Assembly: GCA_018238155.1 (NCBI GenBank)
Contig: JABCTZ010000022.1
Span: 1-64,000, forward strand
Reading direction: 5' to 3'
Length of the DNA stretch: 64,000 nucleotides
Source of the DNA: Candidatus Heimdallarchaeota archaeon
GTDB lineage: Archaea > Asgardarchaeota > Heimdallarchaeia > JABLTI01
Part shown: positions 51,915-62,820 of the stretch, piece by piece
How positions within the stretch are numbered: the first letter of the stretch is position 1
How the letters are laid out: every line of letters begins with the position of its first letter
Notes under the pieces: model-generated
Database searches by the model: none
Told to the model about the DNA's origin: nothing
What the model saw: the letters and a program-made list of their open reading frames with translations, nothing else
Program-made: the position numbers and the translations under genes

Positions 51915-53627
51915 TTAGTATGCACGCTCCTTAAGCTCGAAGAGACCTAGTGTTACAGGCTTTGTCTTCATTACTAGATTCTCTTTGTCTCGAGAGACCA
52001 GAGAATGTACAAGATACTTTTCATCATTTCTTTTAGGAAAATCTGTTCGATAGTGTGCCCCTCTGCTTTCTTCTCGCCAAAGAGCACTAAAAGCTGTTAC
52101 CTCTGCTATATCGATCATATTTCGTAATTCAAGCAATCGTATTAAGCCAAAGTTGAATACTCTATCATCTGTATCAAATTGCACGGATTTGAATTCTTTT
52201 TGTAATTTTTGGAGAGTGGTAACTGCATATTGCAATTTACTCACCTCTCTATACACGCCCACATTTTTATCCAATGTTTCTTTCATAACCAATCGAATCT
52301 CAACTGGTTTATTTCCGGTATTCTCTTTCCATTGCTTGAACAGGTTTTCTACCATATCCAAGGTTTGTTCTTCAGCTTTTAAGACAACTTCAGAAGATAA
52401 TTTCTTTTTCTTACCTCCTTTCAAAATAACTCTGGAAACGTATCGCCCAAAAACAACTGTTTCCAAAAGGGAGTTTCCTCCCAATCTATTTGCTCCATGT
52501 ACTGAAATACAGGAAGTTTCACCAATTGAATATAACCCATTCATTGGAGTTTCACCAAAATCTCCTTTGTATTTAGAAGCTATACCACCCATTGAATAGT
52601 GTTGAGCGGGTTGAACAGGAATTGGTTTTTCAATGGGGTCAACACCGGCAAAAAACATCGATATTTCTCTAATACCTGGCAACCGTTCCATGATTTTCTC
52701 TTTTCCAAGGCGAGTAAGATCAAGATGAACATAACCATCTTCAAATGCTCTACCTTCTATTATTTCAGTTTCAATTGCTCGTGAAACAATATCTCTTGGT
52801 GCTAATTCCATTGCTTTAGCAGCAACTTTACTCATGAAGCGTTCTCCATCCTTATTGAAGAGCAAACCACCTTCACCTCGGGCACCTTCAGTCATTAGAA
52901 TATTTGTTCCTAAGAGTGTTGTTGGATGAAATTGAACAAACTCACAATCTTGCATTGGAATTCCTGCACGAAAAGCAGCACCTAACCCATCACCAGTATT
53001 TATAATTGCATTTGTTGATCGTTTGTAAATGCGACCAAAACCACCAGTAGCTAAAACAACAATCTCGGATCTAAAAATAACCAATTCACCAGTAGCCATA
53101 TTCATTGTAATTATACCGGCAATTTGATTATCGACTTTAATAAGATCAATCAAAAAAAACTCATCGTAAAATTTTACTTCCTTACGAACACATTGTTCGT
53201 ATAAAGTATGTAATAAAACATGACCTGTTCGATCTCCTGCATAACAAGTCCTTGGAAAACCCGCCCCACCAAATGGACGCTGTGCAATAAGTCCGGAATC
53301 TAATCTAGAAAACGGTGCACCCATACTTTCAAGCTCGATGACAATTTTCGGAGCTTCTTCTGCGAGAAACATTGCAGCATCTTGGTCAGCTAAGTAGTCC
53401 GAACCGTAAACAGTATCATAAGCATGACGTTTTGGCTCATCATCTTTACCTGTAGGAGTATTAGCTAATGCAGCATTTATCCCCCCTTGAGCCGCTCCAG
53501 AATGACTTCTTAGTGGATGAACCTTGCTGATAACAGCTGCATTCCACTTGCCTGCTAGCTCAAAGGCAACTCTCAAACCGCTAAGACCACCTCCAACGAT
53601 TACAACATCAAATTCTTGTACATTCAA
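51915..53627 (-). CDS. sdhA: Succinate dehydrogenase/fumarate reductase flavoprotein
   Basis: [44 protein letters not shown]. Confidence 0.96.
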   Translation of the reverse strand: MNVQEFDVVIVGGGLSGLRVAFELAGKWNAAVISKVHPLRSHSGAAQGGINAALANTPTGKDDEPKRHAYDTVYGSDYLADQDAAMFLAEEAPKIVIELESMGAPFSRLDSGLIAQRPFGGAGFPRTCYAGDRTGHVLLHTLYEQCVRKEVKFYDEFFLIDLIKVDNQIAGIITMNMATGELVIFRSEIVVLATGGFGRIYKRSTNAIINTGDGLGAAFRAGIPMQDCEFVQFHPTTLLGTNILMTEGARGEGGLLFNKDGERFMSKVAAKAMELAPRDIVSRAIETEIIEGRAFEDGYVHLDLTRLGKEKIMERLPGIREISMFFAGVDPIEKPIPVQPAQHYSMGGIASKYKGDFGETPMNGLYSIGETSCISVHGANRLGGNSLLETVVFGRYVSRVILKGGKKKKLSSEVVLKAEEQTLDMVENLFKQWKENTGNKPVEIRLVMKETLDKNVGVYREVSKLQYAVTTLQKLQKEFKSVQFDTDDRVFNFGLIRLLELRNMIDIAEVTAFSALWREESRGAHYRTDFPKRNDEKYLVHSLVSRDKENLVMKTKPVTLGLFELKERAY

Positions 53628-53760
53628 GTATTTAACCTTCCTTCAAAACTTCAGACCTAGTAAAATATTGTCAAACATAGATATAGGTTTACTCTCTCAA
53701 AAAGTAAAGTGTACTAATAACTATGAGTAATTTATTATTTAATTACTGTTCATCTCGAGT

Positions 53761-54015
53761 GTGATTAAATTGTCCAAAGAAATTATTTTTATTTCAGCGC
53801 CATTATGTGCAAAATGCATTCGAATAAAACGTTGGCTAAAAGAAGTCAAAGAAAATCACCCAGAAATTGAAATCACCAAACTCAATATTGCTTTCAAAGC
53901 TAAGGAAGTGAAAAAATATAACATTAAAACTATTCCAACAGTCATTGTTGGTAAAACAATGCTTGGTGGTTGGATTAAAGAAGAAGAATTTAAAGCTGCC
54001 TTAGAAAAAATGTGA
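53761..54015 (+). CDS. Thioredoxin/glutaredoxin-like protein
   Basis: CAKC and IPT. Confidence 0.8.
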   Translation: MIKLSKEIIFISAPLCAKCIRIKRWLKEVKENHPEIEITKLNIAFKAKEVKKYNIKTIPTVIVGKTMLGGWIKEEEFKAALEKM

Positions 54016-54038
54016 ATAAAAATAAAGAAGAGAAAGTA

Positions 54039-55004
54039 TCAGTATCTATCAGCAGATCCTAAAACTTCTTTGTTTTTATAGATTAATAATTTTTTAAGCT
54101 CTTCTCTTGCTGGTCCGAGATATTTTCTGGGGTCAAATACTCCTGGTGTTTCAGCGAGAACTTTTCTTATCATTGCAGTAATCACTAAGCGACCATCTGA
54201 GTCAATGTTTATTTTACAAACATTCTTTGCAGCAGCTTTTCGTAATTGTTCTTCTGGAACGCCTACTGCACCTGCTAAATCACCTCCAAATTGGTTTACC
54301 ATTTCTACATATTCTTGTGGTACAGATGAGCTGCCATGTAGAACAATTGGGAATCCTGGTAGTCTCTTCTGAATTTCATCGAGAATATCAAATCTAAGAG
54401 GAGGAATTGGTTTTCCAGGTTTGAATTTGAAGGCACCATGTGATGTACCAATAGAAATTGCCAAACTATCACAACCAGTTCGATTAACGAAGTCTTCAAC
54501 TTCCTCTGGTTTCGTATAGTGAGACACTTCAGATGAAACATGTTCTTCTATACCCGCAAGAACACCTAATTCAGCTTCAACAGTAACATCGAATTTCTTG
54601 GCATATTCAACAACTTGTTTAGTAATCTTGATGTTCTCTTCAAATGGATGGTGAGAACCGTCGTACATTACTGATGAGAAGCCCATATCAATACAAGATT
54701 TTGCTATCTCAAAGGAATCTCCGTGATCTAAATGAAGCGCCATTGGAATTTTTCCCCCGAGTTCTTTCATATATTCAACAGCACCTTCAGCCATAAACCT
54801 CAGGAGAGTTTGATTTGCATATTTTCTTGCTCCTTTTGAGACTTGTAGGATCACTGGTGAACGAGATTCAACACACGCCATAACAATTGCTTGTAATTGT
54901 TCCATATTATTGAAATTATAGGCTGGAATAGCATAGCTGTTTTCCATTGCATGCTTAAACATTTCTCGGGTATTAACAAAACCCAATTCTTTGTAATTGA
55001 CCAT
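54039..55004 (-). CDS. fba: Class II fructose-bisphosphate aldolase
   Basis: HLDHG, SVMYDGS, EAELG, GTSHG, VLHG, KINIDSD. Confidence 0.95.
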   Translation of the reverse strand: MVNYKELGFVNTREMFKHAMENSYAIPAYNFNNMEQLQAIVMACVESRSPVILQVSKGARKYANQTLLRFMAEGAVEYMKELGGKIPMALHLDHGDSFEIAKSCIDMGFSSVMYDGSHHPFEENIKITKQVVEYAKKFDVTVEAELGVLAGIEEHVSSEVSHYTKPEEVEDFVNRTGCDSLAISIGTSHGAFKFKPGKPIPPLRFDILDEIQKRLPGFPIVLHGSSSVPQEYVEMVNQFGGDLAGAVGVPEEQLRKAAAKNVCKINIDSDGRLVITAMIRKVLAETPGVFDPRKYLGPAREELKKLLIYKNKEVLGSADRY

Positions 55005-55020
55005 TTTTTTCCTTCCTATC

Positions 55021-56847
55021 TTAATCTACTGTGAGTGTTTTAGAAAGGTTTCTAGGATAATCAGGATTTATCCCTCTTTCAATTGACATATATAACGCAA
55101 GTAGCTGTAGTGGTATAACAGCTAAGATTGGAGATATTAATTGTGAAGATTTAGGTATCTCGAAGTAATCTTCTTCTTGAACATATTTATCTAATCCATC
55201 TATATGTTCAGCAATAACAATTGGTCTTCCTTCACGACATTCCACTTCGGAAATATGTGAAATAACATAGTACTTGTCATTGGGTGCAACAACATAAATT
55301 ACAGGATAACCATCACTTACAATACTTAAAGGACCATGTTTAAATTCAGATGAATACATTGCTTCTGCAGCAATATAATTTATTTCTCTAATTTTCAGTG
55401 CTCCTTCTAAAGCAACACCATGTGTAACACCATAGCCAAGGAGAGACATAGCATTTATTTTACTGAGCTCCTTAGCAATTTTCTTTGCGCGTTCATCACT
55501 GTTTTTCACTGTCACCTCAACCAATTTAGAGAGATTATGGATTTCATCCTTAAGTGATTCAAAATCCTTATCAGATAATTTCCCTTTGGCATGTCCAACT
55601 CTTGCTGCAAGTATCAGAAAGAGTAATACTTGATTTGTATAGGTTTTTGTTGCAGGAACACTTCGTTCAATTCCGGCACCAATATAAGCATAAGCTTCTG
55701 ACATTCTTTCTACAGTTGAACCTGGAACGTTAACCATTCCAAGAATGTGATATCCTTTTGGTTTAGCAAAATTAATAGTATTAATGATGTCCTTAGTTTC
55801 CCCACTTTGGGAGACGCAAAGCATTGCAGTTGTATCTCCTGGGTCATAGTCTTTGTATTCTTCAAAGAACCGTCCCCCAATTACAGGGATAGCTAAAACA
55901 CCTGCTACGTTATTCAAATAATAAGAACCAACATTGCAAGCATTCAAACTTGACCCACAACCAATTAGAAAGACTTTATCAGCTTTAGCTAACTTCTCTA
56001 CTAAACTATCCAAAACATCACTTTCTAAACCATAAGCAAGTTTCTCTGTTGCATCTACTTGTTCATATATTTCTTTTGTAAGAAAATAGTCGAAATCTCC
56101 TTTGACAGCATCCTCTGCAGATAAGTCAGAAATTCTTGATTCTCTTGTTATTTCTGAGCCGTCTTTTACACTAAAAATTCTGTAAGAATCTGCTGTTAGC
56201 TCAACGATTTCGCCATCATTCAAAGGTACGAATTTCTTAGTTAGAGGTAATATTGAAGGTAAATCTGAGGCAATATATGTTTCCTCTTCACCCAAACCAA
56301 TAACTAATGAAGAACCCATTTTCACTGCGTATAATTTCTCAGGACTGTCTTTATGATAAGTAACAAAAGCGAATGCACCCTCCATTTCAGCTATTCCCCC
56401 AATAATTGCTTTTATCATGTCTTGTTCTTTATCATAATGTTTCTCTATGGCATGAACACAAATTTCCCCATCATTCTGGCTAATGATATTGTGTCCTTCT
56501 TTTTCGAGATTTTCTTTGGTTTCATAATAGCTAATGATATTCCCGTTGTGAGCTCCGATCATATCTCCATCGCAATCAAAGTGTGGTTGAGCATTTATTT
56601 TGCTTGGCTTGCCAAAAGTTGACCAACGCAATTGACCGATACCAATATTTCCTTTCATTTCTGCTAGCTTTAATGATTCAATCACATAATCGATTGTTCC
56701 AACATCTTTTCTGAGATCGATCACTCCATCCTTATAAACTGCTAAACCGGCGCTATCATACCCACGATAGGCTAATCGTTTACCAATAATCAAAAGCTTC
56801 TTTGCAACATCACTTTTTTTTGCTATTATACCAAAAATACCACACAC
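55021..56847 (-). CDS. glmS: Glutamine-fructose-6-phosphate transaminase (isomerizing)
   Basis: MCGI, YRGYDSAG, SQSGET, ATKTY, PRNLSKTLTV. Confidence 0.96.
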   Translation of the reverse strand: MCGIFGIIAKKSDVAKKLLIIGKRLAYRGYDSAGLAVYKDGVIDLRKDVGTIDYVIESLKLAEMKGNIGIGQLRWSTFGKPSKINAQPHFDCDGDMIGAHNGNIISYYETKENLEKEGHNIISQNDGEICVHAIEKHYDKEQDMIKAIIGGIAEMEGAFAFVTYHKDSPEKLYAVKMGSSLVIGLGEEETYIASDLPSILPLTKKFVPLNDGEIVELTADSYRIFSVKDGSEITRESRISDLSAEDAVKGDFDYFLTKEIYEQVDATEKLAYGLESDVLDSLVEKLAKADKVFLIGCGSSLNACNVGSYYLNNVAGVLAIPVIGGRFFEEYKDYDPGDTTAMLCVSQSGETKDIINTINFAKPKGYHILGMVNVPGSTVERMSEAYAYIGAGIERSVPATKTYTNQVLLFLILAARVGHAKGKLSDKDFESLKDEIHNLSKLVEVTVKNSDERAKKIAKELSKINAMSLLGYGVTHGVALEGALKIREINYIAAEAMYSSEFKHGPLSIVSDGYPVIYVVAPNDKYYVISHISEVECREGRPIVIAEHIDGLDKYVQEEDYFEIPKSSQLISPILAVIPLQLLALYMSIERGINPDYPRNLSKTLTVD

Positions 56848-57372
56848 TTTCTATATACCATCCTTAAATTGAGCCAAAAGTACAGATAATTCAACATCTA
56901 ACTGTAAATTCAAGTTTGGGAAAAATCTACCTAAATTTAATTTTTAGCTTAGTTTTGTAATCTCGTGCAAATAAACACCTCAATATTTGCTTACGGATTT
57001 AAAATTGTGGTTGTATTCTTCTTTAGTGCTTTTGTTTTTTTTCTTTTTGTTTTATTTTTATTCTAATCCTGTTCGTTTCTTCTTGTTGATTGTCTTTGCT
57101 TTCTTGTAGTTCTTGTGGTAATTTTTGCCCATAAGTTTCTTGATTCTTAGACCGATAATGAGTGCTAATTATTGAAAGTTCATTCTACCAATGTTAGTAC
57201 TTACTTAGGTTAAGAGTCTTGGAGAATGCTTAACATTGTGTCAATGGTCACCTTAATAGAATTATTTCTTTCCACAATCTTCTTTCCTCGTATCTACCAA
57301 CAACTCAACCACACTTTCGAAGAATTTAGTTTAAAAAGAGTTAAAAAAAAGGAATATTATTTGTACACTCTT

Positions 57373-58059
57373 TTAAACTTCATCAACAAAAGCACCAAAT
57401 CCTCCACCATATGTTCCTTGGAGGATGAACGCTAAAATGAGTAAAAGAAGGCCGTTTACAATTAAAATTGAAAAAATACCTCCTCTAAATATTAGAGACT
57501 TCATTTTATAGTATTTGTCTTCAGAGTCCTCCTCATCATCCAATTCATACACATATTCATCAATTTCATCAGCTTCACTAATGTCTTCTTCAAATTCAAC
57601 TTCATCGTCGTCTTCATCTTCTTCATATTGGTATTCATCATCATCTAAATACTCATGTTTAGTTGATCGATCTTTTTTCTGTTGCTTGTCCTTGATGATT
57701 TCTTTGTATATTTTAGACTTCGTATTTTCTCTTCTAACCATTTTATAAACGAAGAAATTTCGATAAGCCATATCACCAAGTACAGCAAAACCAAAAAACA
57801 CCATACCAACAAGACCAATAACTGCTACTGGATTGACATTTTCAGGGAAGCCAACATAATAATCTATGAGAATAATCGTTCCGGCAATAAGAAAGGATGG
57901 AATGGTCATTAACAGAATTAGAGCCCACTTTGGTAATTTAATTTCAGGTAATTTGAATTTTCTGTTTTCTTGTTCAAAATCATTTTCAACAAGAATATCA
58001 TCATCATTTTCAATTGCAGTTTCCTCTATAATTTCGTTTTCCGCAGACACTAAAATCAC
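57373..58059 (-). CDS. Hypothetical three-TM protein with an acidic loop
   Basis: Hydrophobic segments and a D/E-rich tract. Confidence 0.7.
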   Translation of the reverse strand: MILVSAENEIIEETAIENDDDILVENDFEQENRKFKLPEIKLPKWALILLMTIPSFLIAGTIILIDYYVGFPENVNPVAVIGLVGMVFFGFAVLGDMAYRNFFVYKMVRRENTKSKIYKEIIKDKQQKKDRSTKHEYLDDDEYQYEEDEDDDEVEFEEDISEADEIDEYVYELDDEEDSEDKYYKMKSLIFRGGIFSILIVNGLLLLILAFILQGTYGGGFGAFVDEV

Positions 58060-58253
58060 CTGTTAATAGGATTAATAATAATAATTTATTCTAAAAGGAT
58101 TGTCAATAGTTTGTATAATACTATTTCACAATTGTTAGAGCTACAATCGCATTTATGACACAAAAAGAATATTTATGAAGTGGTATCATTTTACCATAAT
58201 ACGAACTTAAACTCAGACCAATTATTATAGTTAAATTTGTCGGTGCATACTTA

Positions 58254-59264
58254 ATGTTTACTATCGGATTTGTAGGAATTGATAATGCCGGAAAAACAAC
58301 TATTATTGATATTTTTTCCAAGCAAAAATTATCACAAACTATTCCTACAGTTGGAGTAAATCTTGAACAAATCGGTTTTTCTGAAATAGATTTTGAAGTA
58401 AATATTTTGGATATGGGCGGTCAAAAGCACTTTAGGTTATTATGGGTTGATTATCTCAATACTGTTGATGCAATTATCTACGTTATAGATTCTGGCGATC
58501 ACGAACGTTTAGATGAAACTTTAAACGAATTCAGAAAAATGCTTGTTTTAACTGAAGTTAATGCTGTTCCAATTTTGGTTTTACTTAATAAAACGGATTT
58601 ACCCGATTCTATGAATGCTATGGATATTGGTGATAAATTATCTGTTTTCCCAGAATTAGCGAATAGAAATTGGAACATCATCGAAACAAGTGCAGTCACA
58701 ACAAAAGGGCTCATTGAGATGTTTAAGTGGACCTACTCAAAGGTCACTACAAAAACAATTGAATTTGATGTTGAATACAGAGAAAGTGATGACAAAAAAT
58801 ACTATACTCCTTGCCCTCTTTTGCTGAAACTCAATGATGGTAATTATTGTATAAATCATGACGAGTTCACTCAAATAAAATTAGTCCCGTTAGACTCACT
58901 CTTTAATTCAGAAATACTTGAAACAGAGGACATAATTAAAGATACCAAAGAAGAATTTAAGAAAACAGGGGATAAAGTTTGTTTCAATAGTATTTTTGTT
59001 TCTGATGCAGACGAAATAATCCACTGTGCAACAGACAATTCAGATATTGAAGTCGAAAGTGTCAATGCAAGTAAAGAAGAATATATTGATTCTTATAATA
59101 TGATGCATTTAACTGGTGGAGTGATTTGTTCAGAATGTTTGTATAAAATACTCTTCTCAGTGCTTAAACGTAAAATAAAAGCAGGAATTGAACTGCACAA
59201 TGATGAAATAGAAAGTGTTAAGGAAGCCGAACAAAGACGCTCTACAGATTTAAGTAAATGTTAG
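58254..59264 (+). CDS. Arf-family small GTPase with a Cys/His-containing C-terminal extension
   Basis: GIDNAGKT, PTVG, DMGGQ..FR.LW, NKTD, TSA. Confidence 0.93.
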   Translation: MFTIGFVGIDNAGKTTIIDIFSKQKLSQTIPTVGVNLEQIGFSEIDFEVNILDMGGQKHFRLLWVDYLNTVDAIIYVIDSGDHERLDETLNEFRKMLVLTEVNAVPILVLLNKTDLPDSMNAMDIGDKLSVFPELANRNWNIIETSAVTTKGLIEMFKWTYSKVTTKTIEFDVEYRESDDKKYYTPCPLLLKLNDGNYCINHDEFTQIKLVPLDSLFNSEILETEDIIKDTKEEFKKTGDKVCFNSIFVSDADEIIHCATDNSDIEVESVNASKEEYIDSYNMMHLTGGVICSECLYKILFSVLKRKIKAGIELHNDEIESVKEAEQRRSTDLSKC

Positions 59265-59270
59265 TAGTAA

Positions 59271-59462
59271 TTATTGTTTGTATTTTATAATTACAGTATC
59301 ATATACCTCTTTGCAGTCTTTGTTGATATTTCTCTGGTTAAATAATTCAGATATCTCTCTAGCTACTTGGATTGCAATAACGATATATTTTCCATCAATT
59401 GTATTAGCTATCTCATTTGAAATTTCAAAAACTATTTGATATTATTTTATTAAAGCAGACAT
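59271..59462 (-). CDS. Small hypothetical protein (63 aa)
   Basis: ATG 59462 preceded by GGTGA; open to TAA at 59271. Not in the ORF track. Confidence 0.35.
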
Positions 59463-59686
59463 GGTTTCACCACTCATTTCTGATTCATTGACAGAGGAGT
59501 CCCCTTTGTAAGCATAGATTTCTTGTTTTAAACAGAATCACTACTAGGCATATTTCTAATGGATTTGAAGTGAGTGTTATTTTTAGTTTTTTGGGATAAA
59601 ATTTTAAGGAGAATATACTAGTTTGTTCTCAATTACAAATTAAACCTTTGTAGAAATAAAAGAAAAAAATTGTTGAGGAACGCAAG

Positions 59687-61027
59687 TTGAATGGTAAAGA
59701 AATAATCCAAAAAGTTCGCCAAAAAATGAAAGATCATCATGATTTATTCGCTCGAGCTATCCCTTTGATTGCTTCTGAAAATATTACTAGTAAAGAAGTA
59801 AGAGAAGCAACATTATCTGATTTCAGTCATAGATATGCAGAAGGATGGCCTGGAGAGCGTGTTTATGCCGGATGTCAGCATCTAGATGAAGTAGAGTTTA
59901 TTTGTATGGATTTAGCCAAAGAAGTATTTGGTGCAAAATTCGCAGATGTTCGACCAATATCTGGAGTAGTAGCTAATTTAGTTCTTTATTCTGCATTCAC
60001 TAACCCAGGAGATATTAGTATGTCTATCAGCATTCCTTGTGGTGGTCATATATCAACGGGACCTTTACACACAAGTAAGGGTGCATATATGGGTGGAACT
60101 GCAGGAGCAGTTCGAGGATTAAATGTTAAATACATCCCATTCGATAGACGCGGATTAGTTATTGACGTAGAAAAAGCAGAAGAAGCAATAAAAGAATTGA
60201 AACCAAAATTACTCCATTTTGGAGCTTCAGTATTCCTATTTCCACATCCTGTTAAAGAACTCGCTCCAGTTGCTAAGGATTTAGGTGCAAAAGTTACTTA
60301 TGATGCTGCACATGTTTCAGGTTTAATTGCATGTGGGCATTTCCAAGATCCTTTAGCTGAAGGCGCAGAAGCTATGGCTTTTTCAACCCACAAAACAATG
60401 TTTGGACCACAACATGGTTGTGTAGTCTCATCAAGTGATGATGAAGAAACTACTAATAAAATTAAGAGAGCTACCTTCCCAGGTATGACCAGCAATCATC
60501 ATTTACACAATGTTGCAGGATTAGCAATTGCCCTTGCTGAAATCAAAGAATTTGGCAAAGAATATGGTGGGCAAGTTATTAAGAATTCACAAGCATTAGC
60601 AAAATACCTTGAAGCAGAAGGATTCTTCGTTTGCGCAAAAGATAAAGGCTATACTAAATCACATACCTTATTAGTCGATGTCAGTCCATTACAAGAAAAA
60701 TCAGGATTAGGAAAAGACATCGAAGAAGACCTTGAGAAAGCAGATATTATTCTCAATAGAAATTTACTACCATGGGACATGTATGAAGGAAGAAATTACC
60801 TAAACCCAGGTGGAATTAGAATGGGCACTTCTGAAATTACAAGACTAGGTATGAAAGAATCTGAAATGAAAGAAATTGCAAACTTTATGCGTAGAGTAGT
60901 CATTGATCGTGAAGAGCCTACAAAAGTTGCTAAAGATGTCAATACTTTCAGAAGCGCTTTCCAAAAACTTCACTATTGCTTCAGCTCCAATGAAGATGCT
61001 TACAAATTCATAGAGATAGTAAAATAA
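59687..61027 (+). CDS. glyA: Serine hydroxymethyltransferase (archaeal type)
   Basis: LIASEN, YAEGWPG.R.Y.G, GGH, YDAAHV.GL, STHKT, GIRMGT. Confidence 0.96.
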   Translation: MNGKEIIQKVRQKMKDHHDLFARAIPLIASENITSKEVREATLSDFSHRYAEGWPGERVYAGCQHLDEVEFICMDLAKEVFGAKFADVRPISGVVANLVLYSAFTNPGDISMSISIPCGGHISTGPLHTSKGAYMGGTAGAVRGLNVKYIPFDRRGLVIDVEKAEEAIKELKPKLLHFGASVFLFPHPVKELAPVAKDLGAKVTYDAAHVSGLIACGHFQDPLAEGAEAMAFSTHKTMFGPQHGCVVSSSDDEETTNKIKRATFPGMTSNHHLHNVAGLAIALAEIKEFGKEYGGQVIKNSQALAKYLEAEGFFVCAKDKGYTKSHTLLVDVSPLQEKSGLGKDIEEDLEKADIILNRNLLPWDMYEGRNYLNPGGIRMGTSEITRLGMKESEMKEIANFMRRVVIDREEPTKVAKDVNTFRSAFQKLHYCFSSNEDAYKFIEIVK

Positions 61028-61125
61028 CAAAATTATGCTCTATATTAGAGCTAAAAACAGCTGGAAAAGACTATAATAAACAATAGTGCTTTTCTTTTAT
61101 TTTTCTTTTTGTAAATTCAAATTAT

Positions 61126-61686
61126 TCAAGGATGTAAGTAGCCAGTTTTTCTCCTCACTTCTTTACCATCTTTATTGATATATGAATAATCAATTCTTAA
61201 ATAATATTTCTTTATATTGTATTTTTCCAACTTGCAATTCTCAAGTGTGTATGTTACTTTATCTTTTGGTGCAAGCTCAAATACTTTTGTGCCTTTAATA
61301 GATTTGATTTCATCAAAATAATTGTAACTCCATCCTACAGTTTTTAATACGTAAAATTCGATTTTATGTAAAGTAACAATTGTATCAAAATCACCCATAT
61401 TACGAACAATAAATTGTAAATTAATTATAAAATCAAATGAATAAGAGAAATATCTACGTTTTTGAGGTTTAAATGCTATTTTGATAAATTGTATTTTTGC
61501 ATCCTTTGGTATTTTTGATTCTATTTCCTTTATCCTTAATTCTTCCATTTTCTCGTCATAACGTTTTTTTCTTACAACTTCAAAAATTTTGAATATAGCT
61601 AGTATTATTCCAAAACCTAGAGAAACAATTGTTAAAATTTCCCAACCACTATCTATTGACCAATCAACTGCCATAATAAATCCCAA
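61126..61686 (-). CDS. Hypothetical single-TM protein
   Basis: N-terminal TM helix, then a beta-rich domain. Confidence 0.6.
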   Translation of the reverse strand: MGFIMAVDWSIDSGWEILTIVSLGFGIILAIFKIFEVVRKKRYDEKMEELRIKEIESKIPKDAKIQFIKIAFKPQKRRYFSYSFDFIINLQFIVRNMGDFDTIVTLHKIEFYVLKTVGWSYNYFDEIKSIKGTKVFELAPKDKVTYTLENCKLEKYNIKKYYLRIDYSYINKDGKEVRRKTGYLHP

Positions 61687-61732
61687 TTGAAATTTAACAA
61701 TGAATTATATGAATCTTTTCAATGAAGGAACA

Positions 61733-62047
61733 TCAAGCAAAATACAAAATTACTGTAACAACAATTGAAATTATTGCTAAACCTAAAGCTACAAAGGAAA
61801 TTTTATTAGCTCTACTAGCTTTTCTATTTGCTTCCTTGTTTTCTGCTAAACTATCTTGGTCATAGCGTAACTTAATTCTCACATCTGGGTTATTAACAGT
61901 AATCATTACTAACTCGAGTAATCCACCACTTTCATATTCATATTTTTCAATAACTTTACGGCTAGTAAGACCGATTATAGCTGAAGTTGCATGTTTAAGC
62001 TTTCGTTTGATTCCTTTGAGAAAAGAATAAAAACTTTTTATCTTCAT
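61733..62047 (-). CDS. Hypothetical protein with C-terminal TM helix
   Basis: 104-aa ORF; ATGA-coupled to the upstream ORF. Confidence 0.55.
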   Translation of the reverse strand: MKIKSFYSFLKGIKRKLKHATSAIIGLTSRKVIEKYEYESGGLLELVMITVNNPDVRIKLRYDQDSLAENKEANRKASRANKISFVALGLAIISIVVTVILYFA

Positions 62048-62223
62048 TTAACTCTACCCCTAATCGCTTGTAGAATCGTTCTACCAGTTCTTTGTGCTGA
62101 CATTTTTTTGAACCCGTTTTTCCTTTGTTGTATTTTGCCTTTCAAGACAGCAAAATTGTGCATAATTGACACAATCGGTTTGTCTAGTTGAAAAGTAAAA
62201 TTATCTAATATTCTTTTTTTCAT
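62044..62223 (-). CDS. Small basic hypothetical protein (59 aa)
   Basis: MKKRILDNFTFQLDK...RGRVK; ATGA overlaps with both neighbours. Confidence 0.5.
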   Translation of the reverse strand: MKKRILDNFTFQLDKPIVSIMHNFAVLKGKIQQRKNGFKKMSAQRTGRTILQAIRGRVK

Positions 62224-62564
62224 AATTCTCCCTCGATAACCATAAACAAAGTATCAACTACTTCGCTAATATCCTTACAAGCATACACTCTGTCATAACT
62301 GCTCATATCCACAAATTCATCGTGGAGAATTTTGTAATGAATTACTTCGGTAGTAAAATCATCATCAATATATGCGGTAAATCCTTCACTCTGCATTGAT
62401 CCAGCGAATGAATGGTCATATAATTCGTAATGGAATTTTACTTGTCCATTGCGAATGCTTATTTTTGCTGTATCATTGAATCGGAATTCTTCCTCAAGAC
62501 TTTGTTTAATAAAAAGCAAATTGCTTTCTTTTCTAAATCTTCTACGTTTTAATATCTGTAACAT
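62220..62564 (-). CDS. Hypothetical protein
   Basis: 114-aa ORF with GGGG upstream. Confidence 0.55.
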   Translation of the reverse strand: MLQILKRRRFRKESNLLFIKQSLEEEFRFNDTAKISIRNGQVKFHYELYDHSFAGSMQSEGFTAYIDDDFTTEVIHYKILHDEFVDMSSYDRVYACKDISEVVDTLFMVIEGEL

Positions 62565-62820
62565 TTTTTTCCCCTACCCTTTTCTTTTTTATCCATGTCC
62601 TTGACTAACATCAGCATCAATTTTATAATCACTGAAATCTGTCTTTTTCTTTTTATTTCGCCCCTTCTTTAACGGATTTTCTCCATAGGAAGAAAAATCA
62701 AAAATTATTTCTTTTTTACATCAATTTCTGTCATTTCTATTTAACCCACCCCAGATTTTTCCATCATCCCCAAAGATGTTCTCAATCTTTTACCACCTTT
62801 TTTTATGAAGTTATTATGGT

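Noticed and set aside
56850-57370. ncRNA or riboswitch upstream of glmS
   Set aside because: AT-rich with a pyrimidine tract; no glmS ribozyme core or stable GC-rich structure seen.
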